From Delftia acidovorans NBRC 14950 (GTDB lineage Bacteria; Pseudomonadota; Gammaproteobacteria; Burkholderiales; Burkholderiaceae_C), in NCBI RefSeq assembly GCF_001598795.1, contig NZ_BCZP01000011.1, forward strand, positions 180,001-212,000: a DNA stretch of 32,000 nucleotides, in the 5' to 3' direction. Made by a program: the position numbers and the translations under genes. Positions 25,866 through 32,000 of the stretch are shown here, piece after piece; positions within the stretch are counted from its first letter, which is position 1; every line of letters starts with the position of its first letter. Below the pieces are notes generated by a model. The model saw only the letters and a program-made list of their open reading frames with translations, did no database searches and had not been told where the DNA came from.

Positions 25866-26630
25866 CTACTTGCCGTCGATGCGATCCTGCATGCGCTTGG
25901 CCCGCTGTTCGGACGGCGGATGGGAGCTCAGGATGGAGCTGCCGCCGCTGCCGGCGCTGAGCTTGGCCAGCTTCTGGAACGATGTGACCAGTCCCTGGCG
26001 GCTCATCTTCTTTTCCGTGAGCAGATCGAAGGAGTAGTCATCAGCCGCCGATTCCTGCGACTGCGAGAACTGGGCATTGATGAACTTTTCACCCAGATCA
26101 CCCGCCTGCGAACGCGACAGCGAGGCCAGCGCCGAATTGCCGCTATTGGCCGCAATAGAGCGTGCAGCCGAAGCCGCATAGGCCGTCTGCATGCGCTTCT
26201 TGCTGTGACCCAGTGCCACGTGCCCGATCTCATGACCAATCACGCCACGCAGCTCGTCATCGTTCATCAGGTCCATCAGGCCGCTGTAGACACGGATGCA
26301 GCCATTGGCCATGGCCCAGGCATTCACGTCCTGCGTCATATAGACCTTGTAGACAGCCTTCTTCCCATTGACAGCCTGCGGCATGCCGGCAATCACCTTG
26401 TTCAGCCGCAGCGTGTACTTGCTCTTTGCATCTGCCACCTTGTTCTGGGCATCCATGGCTGCACAGGAATCATTGGACAGCGTGACCACGTCGTCATCCG
26501 TGAGCGTCATGGCCTTCATGGCCGTGGAGCCCGAATCCAGCAACCCGCCCACATCGGCAGACTCCATGGTTTTACAGCCCGCCAGCACCACGCCCCCGGC
26601 AACAATCGCCGTCAATAACTTGATCTTCAT
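25866..26630 (-). CDS. ycaL: M48-family metallopeptidase lipoprotein, YcaL-like
   Basis: Lipobox VLAGC. VYMTQDVNAWAMANGCIRVYSGLMDLMNDDELRGVIGHEIGHVALGHS closely parallels E. coli YcaL as I recall it, at the same 254-aa length. GGGAGGG SD. TAG stop. Confidence 0.92.
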   Translation of the reverse strand: MKIKLLTAIVAGGVVLAGCKTMESADVGGLLDSGSTAMKAMTLTDDDVVTLSNDSCAAMDAQNKVADAKSKYTLRLNKVIAGMPQAVNGKKAVYKVYMTQDVNAWAMANGCIRVYSGLMDLMNDDELRGVIGHEIGHVALGHSKKRMQTAYAASAARSIAANSGNSALASLSRSQAGDLGEKFINAQFSQSQESAADDYSFDLLTEKKMSRQGLVTSFQKLAKLSAGSGGSSILSSHPPSEQRAKRMQDRIDGK

Positions 26631-26959
26631 AATCCCTCCCGATAAATGAAGCGCGCATCATATCCACGACCCGCCAACTCAATCTACCGGCAATGACAAC
26701 CCATTTGCAATTTCTTGCAATTTCTCAATGGATAAGCAATGCCAAATTTCAATGACGGCTGTCCATTCAAAACAAATGGAAACAATTAAATTCACCAGAT
26801 CAGCAATGGATGACCAAAACAGGCATGCAGCCATGCTGTCGATGCACAGAGCGTGAAGCACTGCCACGGCACTGAATCGAAAGAGAAGAAGATGCGCCAG
26901 CCAAGTCGAGGCCGCTGCGGAGACATGGCACCAAGGACGAACACCGATCCGTGATGCAG

Positions 26960-26988
26960 AAAAAGAAAAAGGCCCCGAGGGGCCTTTT
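26960..26988 (-). terminator. Rho-independent terminator ending the tRNA Gly-Gly-Gly-Cys transcription unit
   Basis: Minus-strand read: AAAAGGCCCC-TCGG-GGCCTTTTT followed by CTTTTTCT. Confidence 0.8.
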
Positions 26989-27013
26989 GAACAATGTGTC
27001 TGCAATGAATTTT

Positions 27014-27087
27014 TGGAGGCGCGAACCAGAGTCGAACTGGTCTAACCGGATTTGCAATCCGGGGCATAACCGCTTTGCTATCGCGCC
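27014..27087 (-). tRNA. tRNA-Cys (anticodon GCA)
   Basis: Minus-strand read: GGCGCGATAGCAAAGCGGTTATGCCCCGGATTGCAAATCCGGTTAGACCAGTTCGACTCTGGTTCGCGCCTCCA. Confidence 0.94.
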
Positions 27088-27130
27088 AAGATCACTATCA
27101 AACATGCAGCATTGCTGCAGTTTTTAAAAC

Positions 27131-27206
27131 TGGAGCGGGAAAACGGGTTCGAACCGTCGACCTCAACCTTGGCAAGGTTGCGCTCTACCAACTGAGCTAT
27201 TCCCGC
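27131..27206 (-). tRNA. tRNA-Gly (GCC), copy 2, identical to copy 1
   Basis: Base-for-base identical 76-nt sequence. Confidence 0.96.
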
Positions 27207-27265
27207 AAAAAATTCAAGCAACCAACCGTCACCTGAATCGGATGTGCACCAGGCACATCCAAAAC

Positions 27266-27341
27266 TGGAGCGGGAAAACGGGTTCGAACCGTCGACCTCA
27301 ACCTTGGCAAGGTTGCGCTCTACCAACTGAGCTATTCCCGC
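27266..27341 (-). tRNA. tRNA-Gly (GCC), copy 3, identical
   Basis: Base-for-base identical 76-nt sequence. Confidence 0.96.
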
Positions 27342-27408
27342 TTGAATCATCCATTCTGGCAGCCAACCGCCACCAAAACCGAACAAACCCGAAAGCATGT
27401 TCAAAATC

Positions 27409-27484
27409 TGGAGCGGGAAAACGGGTTCGAACCGTCGACCTCAACCTTGGCAAGGTTGCGCTCTACCAACTGAGCTATTCCCGC
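27409..27484 (-). tRNA. tRNA-Gly (GCC), copy 4, identical
   Basis: Base-for-base identical 76-nt sequence. Confidence 0.96.
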
Positions 27485-27503
27485 ATTTCCACCGAAGCCT
27501 GAC

Positions 27504-27509
27504 ATTCTA
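27504..27509 (-). promoter_or_regulatory. Candidate -10 box (TAGAAT) for the tRNA Gly-Gly-Gly-Cys operon
   Basis: The minus strand reads ...GACGTTGTAGAATGTCAGGCTTCGGTGGAAAT-GCGGG. The -10 box lies about 20 nt before the mature tRNA 5' end. No good -35 box. Confidence 0.3.
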
Positions 27510-27587
27510 CAACGTCGTTTGCTGCGATGGGATGAATTGTAGCGTAGTTCTTGGAGGGTTCAGGAAAAACGCTACATTTTTTCATCT

Positions 27588-30002
<2,415 letters not shown>

Positions 30003-30026
30003 GGGAATCCTCGGTTTGTCAGCGGA

Positions 30027-30054
30027 AGATGGTCCGCACACCGGTGTATTTCAA
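30027..30054 (-). promoter_or_regulatory. Candidate sigma32 (heat-shock) promoter for lon
   Basis: The minus strand reads TTGAAA-14 nt-GACCATCT, against the consensus CTTGAAA-N13-17-CCCCATNT. It would give a ~17-nt leader containing the SD. Confidence 0.45.
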
Positions 30055-30085
30055 CCCTGCGGCCCGAAAGGATTTCGGGACGCAG
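30053..30085 (-). terminator. Strong compound hairpin between clpX and lon (attenuator or partial terminator)
   Basis: CCCTGCG-G-CCCGAAA-GGA-TTTCGGG-A-CGCAGGG, two nested 7-bp stems. Only a weak U-tract follows on the minus strand, and it overlaps the candidate -35 box. Confidence 0.45.
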
Positions 30086-30122
30086 GGACTTGCGCTGCCG
30101 GACCTTTGCAGGCGGCGGCGCA

Positions 30123-31385
30123 TCAGGCCTTCTTGGCCGCTTCGCGGTAAACCAGCAGCGGCGCCTTTCCGTCTTCGATGGTGGACTCGTCCACCACTAC
30201 CTTTTCGACATTGTCGGCATTGGGCAGCTCGTACATGGTGCCGATCAGCGATTGCTCCAGGATGGAGCGCAGGCCACGGGCACCCGTCTTGCGCGCCAGC
30301 GCCTTGCGGGCGATGGCCTTGAGCGCGGCAGGCCGGATCTCCAGCTCCACGCCTTCCATGGCCAGCAGCTTGCTGTACTGCTTGACCAGGGCGTTCTTGG
30401 GCTCGGTCAGGATCTGCACCAGGGCGTCTTCGCCCAGTTCGGCCAGAGCCGTGACCACGGGCATGCGGCCGACCAGCTCGGGGATGATGCCGAACTTGAT
30501 CAGATCTTCAGGCTCGATCTCCTGGAACACTTCCGAGATGGAGCGCTGCTTCTTGCTCTTGACCGTGGCGCCAAAGCCGATGCCCGACGCCTCGGTGCGG
30601 TTCTCGATGACCTTCTCCAGGCCCGCGAACGCGCCGCCGCAGATGAACAGGATGTTGGTTGTGTCGATCTGCAGGAAGTCCTGGTTCGGATGCTTGCGGC
30701 CGCCTTGCGGGGGAACGCTGGCCATGGTGCCTTCGATGAGCTTGAGCAGGGCCTGCTGCACGCCCTCGCCCGACACGTCCCGCGTGATGCTGGGGTTGTC
30801 GGACTTGCGCGAGATCTTGTCGATCTCGTCGATGTAGACGATGCCACGCTGTGCACGCTCGACGTCGTACTCGCAGCTTTGCAGCAGCTTCTGGATGATG
30901 TTCTCGACGTCCTCGCCCACGTAGCCGGCCTCGGTCAGCGTGGTGGCATCGGCCATGACGAAGGGCACGTTGAGCATGCGCGCCAGCGTCTGCGCCAGCA
31001 GCGTCTTGCCGGAGCCCGTGGGACCGATGAGCAGGATGTTGCTCTTGGCCAGCTCAATCTCATCCTTGCCGGCCTTGTCCTTGTGACGCAGGCGCTTGTA
31101 GTGGTTGTAGACGGCAACGGCCAGCGTGCGCTTGGGCAGGTCCTGGCCGATCACGTAGTTGTCCAGGTTGGCCTTGATTTCGGCGGGCGTGGGCAGGTCG
31201 CCTCGGCCGTCCTTGGCCTCGGTGCTGGGCTGCTCGTCGCGGATGATCTCGTTGCAGAGATCGATGCACTCGTCGCAGATAAAGACTGACGGACCCGCGA
31301 TCAGCTTCTTGACCTCATGCTGGCTCTTGCCGCAGAAGGTGCAATAAAGGTTTTTTTCGCTGGAGGAGCCTTTTTTCTCGGCCAT
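30123..31385 (-). CDS. clpX: ATP-dependent Clp protease ATP-binding subunit ClpX
   Basis: Zinc-binding N-terminus [30 protein letters not shown]. Walker A GPTGSGKT. Confidence 0.98.
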   Translation of the reverse strand: MAEKKGSSSEKNLYCTFCGKSQHEVKKLIAGPSVFICDECIDLCNEIIRDEQPSTEAKDGRGDLPTPAEIKANLDNYVIGQDLPKRTLAVAVYNHYKRLRHKDKAGKDEIELAKSNILLIGPTGSGKTLLAQTLARMLNVPFVMADATTLTEAGYVGEDVENIIQKLLQSCEYDVERAQRGIVYIDEIDKISRKSDNPSITRDVSGEGVQQALLKLIEGTMASVPPQGGRKHPNQDFLQIDTTNILFICGGAFAGLEKVIENRTEASGIGFGATVKSKKQRSISEVFQEIEPEDLIKFGIIPELVGRMPVVTALAELGEDALVQILTEPKNALVKQYSKLLAMEGVELEIRPAALKAIARKALARKTGARGLRSILEQSLIGTMYELPNADNVEKVVVDESTIEDGKAPLLVYREAAKKA

Positions 31386-31438
31386 GGGGTCGGTGCCTTG
31401 TTACAGAAATATGGAAAAGGATGATAACCAAATGGAAA

Positions 31439-31468
31439 GCGGCGTTTTCCGTAGGGGGAAAACGCCGC
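31439..31468 (-). terminator. 12-bp-stem hairpin between clpP and clpX (attenuator or partial terminator)
   Basis: GCGGCGTTTTCC-loop-GGAAAACGCCGC, followed on the minus strand by TTTCCATTT. Confidence 0.5.
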
Positions 31469-31492
31469 CCATTCTCATGCAGCCTCCGGACT

Positions 31493-32000
31493 TCAGGAGC
31501 GCTTGTTGATCACCTGATCGACCAGGCCGTAGTCCTTGGCTTCCTCGGCGGACAGGAAGTAGTCGCGCTCGGTGTCGTGCTGGATCTTTTCCAGCGGCTG
31601 GCCCGTGCGCTCGGCCAGGATCTTGTTCAGGCGCTCGCGGGTCTTGAGGATCTCGCGGGCGTGGATTTCGATCTCGGTGGCCTGGCCCTGCATGCCGCCC
31701 AACGGCTGGTGGATCATGACCTGGGAATTGGGCAGCGCAAAGCGCTTGCCCTTGGTGCCAGCGGCCAGCAGGAAGGCGCCCATGCTGGCTGCGATGCCGG
31801 TGCACAGCGTGGACACATCGGGCTTGATGAAGTTCATCGTGTCGAAGATGGCCAGGCCGGCGCTCACGGAGCCGCCGGGGCTGTTGATGTAGAACGAAAT
31901 GTCCTTGTCGGGGTTTTCGCTTTCAAGGAACAGCAGCTGGGCCACGACGAGGTTGGCCGTCTGGTCATTGACAGGGCCCACCAGGAAGATCACCCGGTCC
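31493..32000 (-). CDS. clpP: ATP-dependent Clp protease proteolytic subunit ClpP; N-terminus lies outside the window
   Basis: ...[42 protein letters not shown]...[14 protein letters not shown]...MIHQPLGG. The frame stays open to position 32000; the M in the ORF track is an internal GTG. Confidence 0.96.
   Translation of the reverse strand, partial: DRVIFLVGPVNDQTANLVVAQLLFLESENPDKDISFYINSPGGSVSAGLAIFDTMNFIKPDVSTLCTGIAASMGAFLLAAGTKGKRFALPNSQVMIHQPLGGMQGQATEIEIHAREILKTRERLNKILAERTGQPLEKIQHDTERDYFLSAEEAKDYGLVDQVINKRS

Noticed and set aside
26679-27105. Three overlapping minus-strand ORFs (108, 91 and 101 aa) in the AT-rich spacer between ycaL and tRNA-Cys.
   Set aside because: They run through the terminator hairpin and into tRNA-Cys. 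They have no SD or codon bias like the neighbouring genes, and their peptides have no recognisable features.
27131-27484. A regular array of identical 76-nt repeats separated by 59-67-nt unique spacers, which superficially resembles a CRISPR array.
   Set aside because: Each repeat folds into a canonical tRNA-Gly(GCC) cloverleaf ending in CCA. The repeat length is too long for CRISPR, and there are no cas genes.
25430-27502. ORF-track entries crossing the tRNA cluster: 25430..25705, 25449..25754, 25211..25549, 27078..27404, 27242..27502, and the 5' part of 27397..28236.
   Set aside because: They consist of translated tRNA sequence (repeated WSGKTGSNRRPQPWQGCALPTELFP peptides) and so are not coding.
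27530-27575. Hairpin TGTAGCGT-N23-ACGCTACA followed by TTTTTT on the + strand, downstream of lon.
   Set aside because: The T-tract is on the wrong strand for terminating lon, and the loop is very large. No + strand gene ends here, so it is not called as a terminator.

Overview
High-GC (roughly two-thirds G+C by eye) betaproteobacterial chromosome segment. Protein sequences and gene order look Comamonadaceae-like (Acidovorax/Delftia/Comamonas group); that assignment is inference only. The window is dense core-genome DNA with 26 supportable CDS and 6 tRNA genes. In order: acs (5' part, minus strand, open to the window edge), yqhA-like membrane protein, proVWX osmoprotectant ABC transporter behind a long leader, fruBKA fructose PTS operon (minus) with a divergent LacI/FruR-type repressor and a perfect 14-bp palindromic operator, a translationally coupled ParB-like/SulP pair, an orphan CheX-like protein, a MarR + Bcr-type MFS pump + secreted esterase block, divergent class II and class I fumarases, SAM-methyltransferase + GNAT + murI, a YgjP-like metallohydrolase with an uncharacterised acidic partner, a tRNA cluster (Gly x4, Cys, Leu) interrupted by a lower-GC ycaL-like M48 lipoprotein gene, and lon-clpX-clpP (clpP runs off the 3' edge). 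I see no transposase, integrase, CRISPR array, rRNA or recognisable defence system. The long ORFs lying antisense to these genes are high-GC shadow frames. The most unusual items are: (1) the Gly-Cys-Leu tRNA unit, amplified and split by a low-GC ycaL cassette bracketed by identical tRNA-Gly copies, with a ~36% GC orphan spacer enriched in CAATG; (2) a ~400-nt structured leader behind a near-consensus promoter upstream of proVWX; (3) the ParB/Srx-fold gene overlapping the start of a SulP transporter; (4) two small uncharacterised modules (CheX-like orphan; acidic protein + YgjP-like hydrolase). None of these can be shown to be novel from sequence alone.
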